Source: Acidobacteriota bacterium
Lineage (GTDB): Bacteria; Acidobacteriota; UBA890; WLXD01
DNA length: 64,000 nt
Reading direction: 5' to 3'
Assembly (NCBI GenBank): GCA_963666055.2
Contig: CAXWPH010000006.1
Coordinates: 352,001-416,000, forward strand
Of this stretch, positions 29,025 through 40,837 are shown piece by piece. A program made the translations under genes and the position numbers. How positions within the stretch are numbered: position 1 is the stretch's first letter; every line of letters starts with the position of its first letter. The notes under the pieces are model-generated. The model saw only the letters and a list, made by a program, of their open reading frames with translations, had not been told where the DNA came from and did not search any database.

Positions 29025-31672
29025 GCGGTGCTTTCAAGCCGCCGTTGGTGGCACGCTGCCTGTTGCGCCTACGGGTGGGCAACGAGCTGACCGGCGAAGC
29101 GATCCGCGGCGATCTGTGGCAGGAGTATGCGGAGCGCCGCCGTCGCGAGGGCGCCCTCGCTGCCGCTGCCTGGTACTGGCGCGAGGTCGCCAGCATCGCC
29201 AGCCAGCGTCGCGGCGCCGGGGGTCGGTTGCGCGCCTGGGCGGCCGGGTGGCACGCCGATGCGCGCTACGCGTTCCGCAACCTGCGCCGAGCGCCAGGAT
29301 TCACCCTGCTGGCGATCGGCCTTCTCGCCCTCGGGCTCGGTGCCACGACAAGCATCTTCACGGCCGTCAACGCCATGTTCCTGCGGCCACCGCCGCTCGT
29401 CGAAGACCCCGGACGGCTGCTCAACGTCTACACCTCCGATCACCGTGGGCGTACCTACGGTGTGTCCTCCTACCCGGACTACCTCGCCATTCGGGACGGC
29501 GTCGACGACTTTGCCGGGGCCACTGCGTTCATGCTCGGCTTGGAGACGAAGATCGGAACCGCCGGGTGGACCCGCGCGGTGTTCAGCAGCGCCACCTCGG
29601 CCGACTATCTGGAGCTGCTCGGAGCCACGACCAAACAGGGCCGCTGGTTCGCCCCGGACGAGGTCGGGCCCGATGCGCCAGGCGACGTGATCGTGCTCGG
29701 CTTCAACACCTGGCAGCAAGAGTTCGGCGGCGACGAAGGGATCGTGGGGAGCGAGGTCCGGGTGGATGGGCGGCCGGCTACCATCATCGGCATCGCGCCC
29801 GCTGGGCTGCTGGCGCCGGGGTTCCCGGTGTCCCCGGGTGCCTATGTGCCGCTCGCTGGCCCCGATATGGGACACCGCGGCAGCCGCTCTCTCCTGGTCC
29901 TCGGAAGACTGACCGACGGTGCGACGCTCGCCAGCGCCCAAGCGCAGCTCGACGCCCTGGCGCTCGAAGTTCATGAGCTCGATCCCGGCTATTCCTCCGA
30001 CCGCAACGGTGATCCGCGTAGGTTCAGCGCCCTTTCGGAGTTCGACGCAAGGCTCGACCCCGAGTCACGGACGGGCGCGGCGAGCTTCATGGGCCTCTTG
30101 CTGATCGTCGCCGGGCTCGTGCTAGCCATCGCTTGCTCCAACCTGGCGAACCTGCAGCTGGTTCGTGCCAGTGTCCGCGGCGGCGAGATCGCCGTCCGTC
30201 GGGCGCTTGGCGCCGGCCGGCGGCGTTTGCTGCAAATGCTGCTCGCCGAGAGCTTGCTGTTGGCCCTGGGCGGCGGCCTGGTCGGGCTTCTTCTCACCGT
30301 TGCCACGGCCAGGATCGTGCCGAGCCTGGGGATCATCCCGGGAGGGGTGGTCATCGACCTGGCGGTCGACCTCAGAGTATTGGCCTTCGCGCTGGCCGCA
30401 AGCCTGGTTACGGGCCTGTTGTTCGGCCTGCTTCCGGCGCTACGCGCCGCCCGGCCCGACCTCACGACCGGGTTGCGCGGCGCGGCCGGTCAGATTGCCT
30501 CGGGGCGCAACCGGCTGCGCTCCGGGCTGGTGCTCGTGCAGGTTACCGGCTCGGTCATTCTCCTGGCCATGGCAGGGCTGTTCCTGCGCAGTCTCGAGAG
30601 CGCCGTAGGTATCGATCCGGGCTTCGACCCCCGGGATGTAGCGCTGCTGCGGCTCGACGCGTCCGAGCTCGACATGAGCCGCGAGGAGGGACTCGCGCTG
30701 TTCGATCGGGTAGCCGACCGGCTACGCTCAGCAAGCGCCGTTGAGGACGTCGTCTATGCGTCGCGTGTGCCGCTCAGTGGTAGTTGGGAGCGCCGATCGA
30801 TCGAGATCGACGGATACCAGTCGCCGGACGGGGACAACCCCGCAGTCGCTGTCCACGCGGTGACGCCCGGCTACTTCCGCCTGATGCGCCTGCAGCTGAT
30901 GCGTGGCCGCGGGCTCCGCCACGAGGATGTCGACGGGGCTCCTGACGTGGCCGTCGTCAATCAGGCGTTCGCCGACCGCTACTGGCCGGGACGCGAGGCG
31001 CTCGGCGGGCGCCTGAGCATCGAAGATCGGCAGATCGAGGTAGTAGGGCTCGCCGCCACGACGCTGGCGCGCCAGGTGGTCGAGGACCCGACACCACAGG
31101 TCTGGGTAACGCTAGCCCAGATCTACCGCCCCGCCATGATCTTGCACGCCCGGGCCCGCACGCCCGCCGATGCGACGGTACTGGCGCTGGTCCGATCCGC
31201 CGTTCAAGAGGTGCGGCCGGACCTTCCGATTCTCGAACCGATCTGGATGACCGACCTGACGCGCAACGTCACGCTGCCGCAGCGGGTCGCGTCCACCGTC
31301 CTGGCCATCGCCGGAGCCATGGCCCTGCTGCTGGCTACCGTCGGCCTCTATGGCGTCATCGCCTTCACGGTCCGCCGGCGCACTCGCGAGCTCGGCATCC
31401 GCATGGCGCTCGGCGCCGGGCGGGCCACGCTGGTGCGCACCGTGCTGGCTGACACCGCAGCCATGACCGGCCTCGGCTTGACCATTGGCCTGGCCATCGT
31501 CGTTGCGCTCGGCCAGGTCATGGGCTCCTTCTTGCTCAACACTGACCCGCTCGACCCTCTGGCGCTGGGCGGCGCCGCCGTCGGGCTGGGGCTAGCAGCC
31601 ATGCTGGCCGTGATCGGGCCCGTCCGGCGTGCCACTCGAATCGACCCGGTACGCGCGCTTCGCGCCGAGTGA
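29021..31672 (+). CDS. ADOP-type duplicated MacB/FtsX ABC permease
   Basis: DARYAFRNLRRAPGF, IACSNLANL, EIAVRRALGAGR, GLYGV, RTRELGIRMALGA, IDPVRALRAE. ATGA overlap with padR. Confidence 0.93.
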   Translation: MSGAFKPPLVARCLLRLRVGNELTGEAIRGDLWQEYAERRRREGALAAAAWYWREVASIASQRRGAGGRLRAWAAGWHADARYAFRNLRRAPGFTLLAIGLLALGLGATTSIFTAVNAMFLRPPPLVEDPGRLLNVYTSDHRGRTYGVSSYPDYLAIRDGVDDFAGATAFMLGLETKIGTAGWTRAVFSSATSADYLELLGATTKQGRWFAPDEVGPDAPGDVIVLGFNTWQQEFGGDEGIVGSEVRVDGRPATIIGIAPAGLLAPGFPVSPGAYVPLAGPDMGHRGSRSLLVLGRLTDGATLASAQAQLDALALEVHELDPGYSSDRNGDPRRFSALSEFDARLDPESRTGAASFMGLLLIVAGLVLAIACSNLANLQLVRASVRGGEIAVRRALGAGRRRLLQMLLAESLLLALGGGLVGLLLTVATARIVPSLGIIPGGVVIDLAVDLRVLAFALAASLVTGLLFGLLPALRAARPDLTTGLRGAAGQIASGRNRLRSGLVLVQVTGSVILLAMAGLFLRSLESAVGIDPGFDPRDVALLRLDASELDMSREEGLALFDRVADRLRSASAVEDVVYASRVPLSGSWERRSIEIDGYQSPDGDNPAVAVHAVTPGYFRLMRLQLMRGRGLRHEDVDGAPDVAVVNQAFADRYWPGREALGGRLSIEDRQIEVVGLAATTLARQVVEDPTPQVWVTLAQIYRPAMILHARARTPADATVLALVRSAVQEVRPDLPILEPIWMTDLTRNVTLPQRVASTVLAIAGAMALLLATVGLYGVIAFTVRRRTRELGIRMALGAGRATLVRTVLADTAAMTGLGLTIGLAIVVALGQVMGSFLLNTDPLDPLALGGAAVGLGLAAMLAVIGPVRRATRIDPVRALRAE

Positions 31673-31782
31673 GCTGCGCGCACCAGAGCAGCCGGCCGGT
31701 GCCGACGCGATCGGTGCCGTCGGCTGGGACGTCTGGCGTCACTTACAGACCCAGGAAAGCGTCTCGCTGTTGCTCGATCGCC

Positions 31783-33413
<1,631 letters not shown>

Positions 33414-33417
<4 letters not shown>

Positions 33418-34559
33418 TTCGGCAGATTCATCGGCCGATAGTAGGGCCTGTCCCCGAGCTGCTCGAACTTCGCCACCCAGTTGCTTCCGGCCTGCTCCGG
33501 CGCGAACGACCAATCCTGCCGATGGTAGTTCCAGCTATCGGGGTTGAGCTCCTGCGCGGTCTCCCAGTACTGGTTCGCCAGATCCTCTTCACCCGCCAGG
33601 TGCAGGTGCGCTGCGAGGCGGAAGTTGGCATCGGAAAGAGCCTGGGCGGAGGTTCGGGGCGTGAAACCGGCAGCGACCTCTCCGGTGCCCAACGCGTAGA
33701 TGCTGTCGCTACCGTTCTCCACCCAATCCCGCACCGCGGGAAGGTAGTCGTCGGTGCCGAAAGACAGGTCGCCAAACTCGTACAAGCGTGTGTATGCACC
33801 CTCATCCTGCCGAACGATGACCCCATGCTCGTTGATCAGTACCGCCGTCGGAACGTTCAGCATGTCGTAGAGGGCGCTGACCGCGTGGCGTGAGTCGATC
33901 AGGGTCGTGAAGGTCGCGTTCGCGGCGTCATAGAAAGAGCCGGCGGCGGCCTCGCCACCGGTGTCCTGGGCCACGGCGACGATCTCGAAATTGTTGCCTC
34001 CAAGCTCCTCGTATACCTCCTGCCAACCTGGCAGGTCGCGGGAGCAACCTCACCACGAGGCCCAGGTGAGCAACAGCACCTTCTTGCCGCGGAAGTCGGA
34101 AAGGCGCACGAGGGTGCCCTGGCGGTCCGGAAGCTCGAAGTCCGGCGCCACAGCGTTGTCGATCAAGCCGCTGCGCAGAATCGGCGGCTCGCTGAAGCTC
34201 CACGTGCGATGCGTGCGATCGACGACGTAGGCCTGATCGAGCTTGCGCGCGAAGGCGGTGAGACTGAACCACCGCTGGGCATCGCGATTGACCACGATGT
34301 CGCTGTCGTCGTCCTGATTGACTGGAATACACAGGGAGTCCAGGCACGCGCCTTCCGGTTTGAGCTCGAAACCGTTGATCCGGGTCAGATCCTCCGGCGT
34401 AACCCAGAGATCGGATGGGTCCGCAAGGGTGCTCTCGACGGTTACAACGCGGTCGATGTACAGAACGGTGATCGGTTCCGGCTCGATCCTGGCGCACGCC
34501 GGAGTGGTTGCCAACGCCGCCGTGAGAAACGCGGCTGCGGTCCGATGTCGTCGGTTCAT
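33414..34559 (-). CDS. Predicted selenoprotein (381 aa, Sec170): TlpA/ResA-like redoxin lipoprotein with WASWUGC motif
   Basis: ORFs 34050-34559 and 33414-33974 are in frame. Read-through of TGA 34050-34052 gives APDFELPD..LSDFRGKKVLLLTWASW-U-GCSRDLPGWQEVYEELGGNNFEIVAVAQD, a continuous thioredoxin fold with later NVPT. Hairpin downstream. Confidence 0.9.
34019..34035 (-). promoter_or_regulatory. Candidate bacterial SECIS element
   Basis: mRNA CCUGCCA-GGU-UGGCAGG starting at +15 after the UGA. The AGGU apex resembles the E. coli fdhF SECIS loop. Confidence 0.78.
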
Positions 34560-34689
34560 GGTGTCCTCTCCAGCGTTGACGTCTCCTCGGTATTCGCTTG
34601 TATATCACGCCCCGAGCAACCCGCCGGGACTCGGACGGAAGCGCGAGGTCATCGCGAGCCAGCCGCGTTGATCGTACCGCCGGCAGACC

Positions 34690-34968
34690 CTAGCAGGCCG
34701 TGGTGAAAGTGTGGTGGGTCTGGCGACAGGGTCTTGCGAAGTGGAGGCAAGGAGAGAGGAGGAGGCGATGGGTACCCCATCGTTGACGAGCAACGACGCA
34801 GCTTACGCGCGCAACCCCCTGTCGCCCGAAGGGTTACGGCGATTTGGGGCCATTTGCGGCGTTGGCCTTCCTGGACGATGGCTAGGGCATCACCTGTGTC
34901 AGGCCGCCTTGCATCTGGCCCCAACTCGCCGTAACCAGACCCACCACACTTTCACCACGGCCTGCTAG
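34690..34968 (+). mobile_element. Full-length MITE (279 bp including flanking CTAGs)
   Basis: Perfect 34-bp TIRs, internal hairpin CGATGGGTACCCCATCG, no transposase, homologous copies elsewhere in the window. Confidence 0.9.
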
Positions 34969-34979
34969 CATCTGACCTT

Positions 34980-36050
34980 ATGGCAACACCGGTACGGATC
35001 GCCCTGCTCGGCAACTCGCATGCGGAAGGCGTGCAGCTGCCCGCACTCAAGCATATCGGCGGCAACGAGGTGGTCGGGATCGCCGGCCGCGATGCCGAAA
35101 AGGCCGCGGCGAGTGCACGGCGCTGGGGGATCGGTCGCTCGACTTCCGACTGGCGTGAGCTGCTAGAGCTCGATCCCGATCTCGTGATCATCGCCACGCC
35201 GGTGCATCTGCACGCCGAGATGGTGCGCGAGGCACTGAGCACCGGTGCCGCGTTGCTGTGTGAGAAGCCCTTCACGCTCGATGTACGAGACGCGGAAGAG
35301 CTCGCTGCGCTCGCCGAGGGCCGCCTGGCCCTGATCAACTATCAGCTCCGCTGGAACCCCAACCGCCGCAAGATGCGGTCGCTGTGCCAGGACGGGTTTG
35401 TGGGCGAGGTGCTGCACGTACGCGCGGACCTGCTGCTGAACACCCCCGGATTTCAGCACCGACCGTACACTTGGTGGTCGCAGACGTCGTGTGGCGGTGG
35501 CGTGCTAGGCGCTACGGGAACGCACCTGATCGACAATGTGCAGTGGATGCTCGGTCCGATCGAGGCCGTGAGCGCGCGTCTGGAGACGTTCGTCAAGCAA
35601 CGCGAGGATGCCGAGGGGGTCACGCAGCCGGTGACCTCCGATGATTTCGCCGAGCTTTGGCTGCGACTGGGGAGTGGCGCACAGGTGAGCCTGACAGCCA
35701 GCCTGGCGTTGCCCGGCGTGGCGCGCTGGTTGTTGGAGATCGCCGGCAGCGAGCGAACACTCTGCCTGGAGCGCGAACAGCACTTGACCGGCGGCCCTCA
35801 CGGAGACGATTTGGCGCCAATCGTCACAGACGTCCCCTGGCGCCCGCCGGAACACTACGGGATTCAAGGGCGCGGGCCATTCGCCGCCCTCGAGGCGCCT
35901 TTCCTCGAGGCCGTCGTCAACGCGGTGGCGAACGGAAGGACCGAGCTGGAGGAGGCAGCGACGTTTGCCGACGGCTTGAGCAACGTACGCATCCTCGCGG
36001 CGGCGCGGCAATCTGCGCGCACTGGCGGAGGCTGGATCGACTGTCGCTAG
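34980..36050 (+). CDS. Gfo/Idh/MocA family oxidoreductase
   Basis: DLVIIATPVHLH, LCEKPF, GGGVLGATGTHLID. Confidence 0.92.
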   Translation: MATPVRIALLGNSHAEGVQLPALKHIGGNEVVGIAGRDAEKAAASARRWGIGRSTSDWRELLELDPDLVIIATPVHLHAEMVREALSTGAALLCEKPFTLDVRDAEELAALAEGRLALINYQLRWNPNRRKMRSLCQDGFVGEVLHVRADLLLNTPGFQHRPYTWWSQTSCGGGVLGATGTHLIDNVQWMLGPIEAVSARLETFVKQREDAEGVTQPVTSDDFAELWLRLGSGAQVSLTASLALPGVARWLLEIAGSERTLCLEREQHLTGGPHGDDLAPIVTDVPWRPPEHYGIQGRGPFAALEAPFLEAVVNAVANGRTELEEAATFADGLSNVRILAAARQSARTGGGWIDCR

Positions 36051-36091
36051 GAGACGGACGCGACCTGCGATCTGGTCGGTGCCGCGCTAGC

Positions 36092-37027
36092 CTACGAGGT
36101 GGCTACCGGCTCCTGACTCACCGCTTCCGCACTCGGTCGAGTCGCGGCACTGTCGCGTACGATCTGCAACACGCGCTCACGCTCCTCGCCAATCAGCGGC
36201 AGGCGCGGCGCGCGAACCGTCTCCGTGCCATAGCCCATCTCGGCGCAGGTGAGCTTGATGTACTGCACCAGCTTCGGATGGCTGTCGAAGTGCAACATCG
36301 GCATGTACCACCGGTAGATTTCCAGCCCTCGCTCCCAATCCCCGGCCATCGCCGCGTCCCACATCAGGCGATTCTCGCGCGGAAACGCGTCCACCAAGCC
36401 GGAGATCCACCCGGTACAACCGAGCATGATGCTCTCCAGCGCGACATCATCGAGGCCCGAGAAGATCGGGTAGCGGTCGCCGAGCGTGTTGAACAGGTCG
36501 GTGATTCTCCGCACGTCGCCGGAGGCTTCCTTGATGCAGACGATATTGTCGACGTCGGCGAGCTCCTGGAACATCTCCGGCGTGATGTCGACGCGATACA
36601 CGGGCGGATTATTGTAGCACATGATCGGCAAGCTCATCGAGGCTGCCACGGTGCGGTAATGGTTCACCGTTTCGCGCGGGTCGGAGTTGTAGACCATGGC
36701 GGGCATGAGCATCAGCCCATCCATGCCAGCCGCCTGGGCCGCCTGGGCGGTGGTGCAGGCCCCCTGAGTGGTGTATTCGGCAACGCCGTTGAGGATCGGG
36801 ACGCGATCGCCGGCGACTTCCTTGGTCGCCTTCAACACTTCGACCTTCTCGTCGAGCGACAGCGAACAGTTCTCGCCAATCGTGCCCAGCATGATGAGGC
36901 CGTGGATGCCGTCGTCGAGCAAGGCCTCCACGTGTTCTTGGGTGGCCGGGAGATTGAGCGAGAAATCGTCGTGGAACTGCGTGGGAACGGCGGGGAATAC
37001 CCCTTCCCAATCAACCTTGAGTGTCAT
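36092..37027 (-). CDS. DapA-family lyase (possibly the pyrroline-hydroxy-carboxylate deaminase of hydroxyproline catabolism)
   Basis: WEGVFPA, LGTIGEN, YNNP, IKEASGD, KLVQYIKL, VRAPRLPL. Confidence 0.88.
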   Translation of the reverse strand: MTLKVDWEGVFPAVPTQFHDDFSLNLPATQEHVEALLDDGIHGLIMLGTIGENCSLSLDEKVEVLKATKEVAGDRVPILNGVAEYTTQGACTTAQAAQAAGMDGLMLMPAMVYNSDPRETVNHYRTVAASMSLPIMCYNNPPVYRVDITPEMFQELADVDNIVCIKEASGDVRRITDLFNTLGDRYPIFSGLDDVALESIMLGCTGWISGLVDAFPRENRLMWDAAMAGDWERGLEIYRWYMPMLHFDSHPKLVQYIKLTCAEMGYGTETVRAPRLPLIGEERERVLQIVRDSAATRPSAEAVSQEPVATS

Positions 37028-37083
37028 GGCGTGCTCTCTTCTCGGGCGTAGCTGAAGCTCATACGCGTAGCGTAGTCGAAGCG

Positions 37084-38208
37084 CTATTGATCGGTTTCCG
37101 GCGGAACCTCGATGCCCAGCCTCAGCAACGGGTGAGTTTCCGGCGCGGTGATCGCGTTCAAGACCTCGAACTGCAGGTCGAAGCTGGATCGGTCCTCCCC
37201 GGTTAGGCCAAGCACTACCTGGCCGTGAGGCGGCACTCGGAAAACCGACGGGTGATTGTAAAACCGGTGTCCGGCGATGCTCCGAAGCTCGAACGCGGCG
37301 TCGGAAACATTCGACAGCGTAACGTCGACCAGCGTGCTGTCGGCCCGATACCCCACGCTCGACACAGTCAGCGAGGCCTGGATCAGCGGCATCAACACCT
37401 CTTCGCGACCGATCAGCGAGTTGTCCATCCAGGCGACGGTGCGGTTGGCGCGGAGCGCCCTGTGCACCGATTCGGCGCTGCGTTCCTCGGCGAACACGAG
37501 CGTCACGGTGCGATGAGCGCCGTCGTGAATCGCGTAGTCCCAGTCGATCAGACCGTGGATATCCGAGACCCCGAGAATCGCCAGGTCGTGATCGAGCGCG
37601 ATCTGCAGCGACTCGGCCGAGTAGATGTACTCGTTGGCCACCTCGATACCATGCAATTGCCCAGCCGCAATCAGCCGTTGATGCATGTCGGGAAGTAGCG
37701 CGACACCGTCAGGAGCTTGCGACGTCCAGGAGGGGTGGTTCCAGAACACGAACGCGCCCTGTCGGTTGGCCGCTCGGAAAGAGTCCATCGGATCGTCGGC
37801 CAGCAACGCGTTCGCGTCGGTGATGAAGACCGCATTCACATGCCCGGGTGGCATGTCACGGGTCACTTCGGCGCCGTTGACAACGATGAGGTCGGACTGC
37901 GCGGTCTGAACGTACTCGGTAGCGACAATGTACGAGCGATTCCTGTCGGGGTGTGGGATGTCTTCGGAGCGCGGCTGATACTCCAGATGCTCGGTGACCG
38001 CCAGGAGATCGAGCCCGTCTCGATCCGATTCGTCCACTCGAATGAAGGGCCACACCAGGCCATCGGAGAACACCGAGTGCGTATGCAGGTCGACGGCGAG
38101 CGTCTGATAGCCGGGGACGTCGGGGAACTCGATCGCCCGCTCTTGGGCGAGCGCCACCCCGCTGCTCACTGCTACGGCCACCGTGAGAAAGCCGAGCCGT
38201 TTCGTCAT
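37084..38208 (-). CDS. Secreted PHP-domain phosphodiesterase (Sb-PDE-like)
   Basis: DLHTHSVFSDG, TEHLEY, GAEVTR, GHVNA, WNHP, SDIH. Confidence 0.9.
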   Translation of the reverse strand: MTKRLGFLTVAVAVSSGVALAQERAIEFPDVPGYQTLAVDLHTHSVFSDGLVWPFIRVDESDRDGLDLLAVTEHLEYQPRSEDIPHPDRNRSYIVATEYVQTAQSDLIVVNGAEVTRDMPPGHVNAVFITDANALLADDPMDSFRAANRQGAFVFWNHPSWTSQAPDGVALLPDMHQRLIAAGQLHGIEVANEYIYSAESLQIALDHDLAILGVSDIHGLIDWDYAIHDGAHRTVTLVFAEERSAESVHRALRANRTVAWMDNSLIGREEVLMPLIQASLTVSSVGYRADSTLVDVTLSNVSDAAFELRSIAGHRFYNHPSVFRVPPHGQVVLGLTGEDRSSFDLQFEVLNAITAPETHPLLRLGIEVPPETDQ

Positions 38209-38363
38209 CGGGTCCTCCTTCTGTCTCCAGCGGCCCTGCGGACTCTGTCTCCAACGCCGCGAAAGTCGACCTTGCCGCCCCTCATAGTGCGGAACAAGCG
38301 CCGATAGTCAAGGCGTGCGCCGCCAGCCACGACGCTCTTCCGCAGCACCGCGCCCGTGCCGTG

Positions 38364-39473
38364 CTAGTTGCTGCGCAACAACTTGTAGCAAAGAAGCTTG
38401 GAGAGGTTGAGGAGCAGCTTGCTCGCCGCCACCGGATCTTCAGCCATGAGCTCGCGCAGGGCACTCTCGCTCAGCGATAGCACACGGGTGTCGTCCTGGG
38501 CCGCGTAGACATCAGCCGACCGCGGGCTCTCGAGAAGGAACGCCATCTCGCCGACCACGTCCCCCGAGGTGCAGACCGCCACCACCTTCCCGTCCACCCG
38601 AACCTCCAGCAAACCGGTGAGCACAACGAACAGGTTGTGCGCCACGTTGCCTTCCTTGATCAGATGGTCGCCCTGGCGACACTCGATGGTGTTGCTCTTG
38701 GACAGGCAACGCTCCTGTTCCGTGTCGTCGAGGCCATCGAAGAGATGGATCGGGTTCTGGGACAGCTCGAGAGCGTGGTCGATGTCTGACCAGTAGCGCT
38801 GCTTGTTGGTGAGAGCAGAGCTGGTCACAGCACCCTGGTCAGCCAGCAGATCGACAAGGCAAGCGGGCACGCGCGAGTCGGTGCCGAAATCAGGCAGGAT
38901 CGACACCAGGGACGATCCGATGGCTCGCATGTACTCCAGATCCTCGGGCACCAACACCAGCGGAATCAGGTATCCGGTCTCCGGGCTGTTGACGTTGGCA
39001 CTCGAGTACGTGCGGAATCCCATTCCCATGTAGAGATTGAGCAGGTGCGGCTCGCAGTCGCCGAACGTCAGCTGAATCCGCTTCTCCCTGACGAGATCGA
39101 GGTAGCGCTTGAACATGCGGAATACGAGGTCGGTGCCACGCTGCTCTGGTGTCACCATGAAGCGCTCACCGACGAGCATCTGCTGGCGTGGGATCTTCTC
39201 CAGAAACGGCGCCAGGTCATACTGCTCGACGTGGCGGTCGCTGAACTCGGCGTCCCCGCCCCAGGTCAAACGCATCGTTCCGACGGTATGGCCTTCCTGA
39301 TCACGGGCGTAGTAGAGGCGGCCCGCCGCATCATCGGGTTCAATCAGCAAGCGCTTGTCGTGGTCGGCGATCGAGCCGTATCGATTCATCTCTTCGACGT
39401 AGATCTCGTAGCGAAGTCGATAGACGGCTTCACGCTCGTCGTCTGTCTCAGCGCGGTGTATCTCAGGCTTCAT
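38364..39473 (-). CDS. GNAT/FeeM-like N-acyltransferase fused to C-terminal cyclic-nucleotide-binding domain
   Basis: AVYRLRYEIYVEEM, VGTMRL, RFMVTPEQRG, LYMGMGF. C-terminal LIKEG, LFVVLTG, GDVVGEMAFL..PRSADV. Confidence 0.85.
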   Translation of the reverse strand: MKPEIHRAETDDEREAVYRLRYEIYVEEMNRYGSIADHDKRLLIEPDDAAGRLYYARDQEGHTVGTMRLTWGGDAEFSDRHVEQYDLAPFLEKIPRQQMLVGERFMVTPEQRGTDLVFRMFKRYLDLVREKRIQLTFGDCEPHLLNLYMGMGFRTYSSANVNSPETGYLIPLVLVPEDLEYMRAIGSSLVSILPDFGTDSRVPACLVDLLADQGAVTSSALTNKQRYWSDIDHALELSQNPIHLFDGLDDTEQERCLSKSNTIECRQGDHLIKEGNVAHNLFVVLTGLLEVRVDGKVVAVCTSGDVVGEMAFLLESPRSADVYAAQDDTRVLSLSESALRELMAEDPVAASKLLLNLSKLLCYKLLRSN

Positions 39474-39508
39474 GACATCGAGCCCTCGAGCTGCCGAGTC
39501 TGCCGACG

Positions 39509-40270
39509 TTACGGCAAGTGCTCGTGCGCCATGTCGGGGATGTTGTAGGGCACCGGGATGACCTGCTCGGCAAGGCGTAGCTTGAGCAGCTGTAAGAAGG
39601 TAACGTCGATCGGATCGAGCTCGACCAGCAGCTCACCGGGAAGCTCGCTGCGCTGAGGGACCCAGCCATCTCCCTCACGGGCCAGATCCTGTACCTGCAG
39701 GGCGACGCCGTCGCCGACTTTCACCGGCAATTGGTCGAAGTGACGCCCGCGAACCACCACCGCGCCCGAGGCGGGGGCGCTGATCGATTCGAGCTCCATA
39801 CGCTCGGGCTCGACCGATACCACTCGCAAATCCGTGACCACGACTTCGAGCCGAGAGCGCGGACGATCACCGGCGGCGATCTCAGCGAGGGTGACCTTCT
39901 GCGCTGTGCGCACGATGTCCAGCCAGGCATCCCGACTGGCGCGGTGATCCAGAATCCGGTCCTCGACCACCATCCCCTCGAGCACCCAGTCCGGGTCCGC
40001 ATAACGGAACCGAAAGTATAGCTGCTCGTCGCTGACATCCGCCTCCACGAGCGCCACCCCATCGGCTGACGTCGAGTCGACGACGACAGCCTCGGCACCG
40101 GGCAACCAGCCATCGATCGCCGCGCTGGCCACCAAGGGTGGAATCGGCGGGGTACTCGGGCTGCAACTCGACGCGGCCAACAACAATGCCGCCACCAGGC
40201 ACGCGCGGGTCGATCGCACACCATCCGACAGCGGATCGGGGTTCATGTCCTGCCCCCCTTGAGCGGTCAT
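39509..40270 (-). CDS. Hypothetical lipoprotein
   Basis: LLLAASSC lipobox-like segment, acidic composition. No family recognised; start uncertain. Confidence 0.55.
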   Translation of the reverse strand: MTAQGGQDMNPDPLSDGVRSTRACLVAALLLAASSCSPSTPPIPPLVASAAIDGWLPGAEAVVVDSTSADGVALVEADVSDEQLYFRFRYADPDWVLEGMVVEDRILDHRASRDAWLDIVRTAQKVTLAEIAAGDRPRSRLEVVVTDLRVVSVEPERMELESISAPASGAVVVRGRHFDQLPVKVGDGVALQVQDLAREGDGWVPQRSELPGELLVELDPIDVTFLQLLKLRLAEQVIPVPYNIPDMAHEHLP

Positions 40271-40277
40271 GGAGAGG

Positions 40278-40314
40278 AAAAGAGAAAACCCCCGCGGACA
40301 TCGCCCGCGGGGGT
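40278..40314 (-). terminator. Rho-independent terminator
   Basis: Minus strand ACCCCCGCGG-GCGATGT-CCGCGGGGGT followed by TTTCTCTTTT, just downstream of the stop at 40341. Confidence 0.85.
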
Positions 40315-40340
40315 AAGTCTCGGCAAGTCTGATCGCGGGA

Positions 40341-40697
40341 CTATTTGCTGACGTGCTCGACGCTGCTGACCTTCATGACCTTGAGGCCGTCGCGCTCCAT
40401 CATCGTGCCGGTGATGTTGACCTGATGCGCCGCGTGGTTGCTCAGCGACTTGAAGGCGTCCATCTCATCGCTGTCGGGCATCAGCACGAGCACCTGGCCG
40501 TCATCCGTCAACAAGGAGGCCGGGACCCCCATTTCCAGGCACATCTCGGTGCAACCGACCTCTTCCGGGCCGTGGGCATCGGCAGCGTAGCAGGCGGTGT
40601 CGATCACCCTGCCGGAGATAGTCTCCTGCATCGGCGCGGCGACCGCCACGGGGGCGACGATCATGACTAGCGCTAGGGCTGAAGCTACTCGCTTCAT
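40341..40697 (-). CDS. Small secreted OB-fold-like protein with Cys motif
   Basis: Signal peptide. ISGRVIDTAC...CTEMCLEMGVP, QVNITG. GAGGAG RBS; followed by a terminator. Confidence 0.8.
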   Translation of the reverse strand: MKRVASALALVMIVAPVAVAAPMQETISGRVIDTACYAADAHGPEEVGCTEMCLEMGVPASLLTDDGQVLVLMPDSDEMDAFKSLSNHAAHQVNITGTMMERDGLKVMKVSSVEHVSK

Positions 40698-40837
40698 AGG
40701 GAAATACTCCTCAGTCGAAGGAATCGTTGTGGATTGGAGCCATTCCCAGGCTAGCAACCCTGCGGCTGGAGCGTGTCACGCTGCACGACCACCGCGTGAC
40801 GTAGCGTACAGGAGCCGGCGAGTCTTGCCACCGATGC

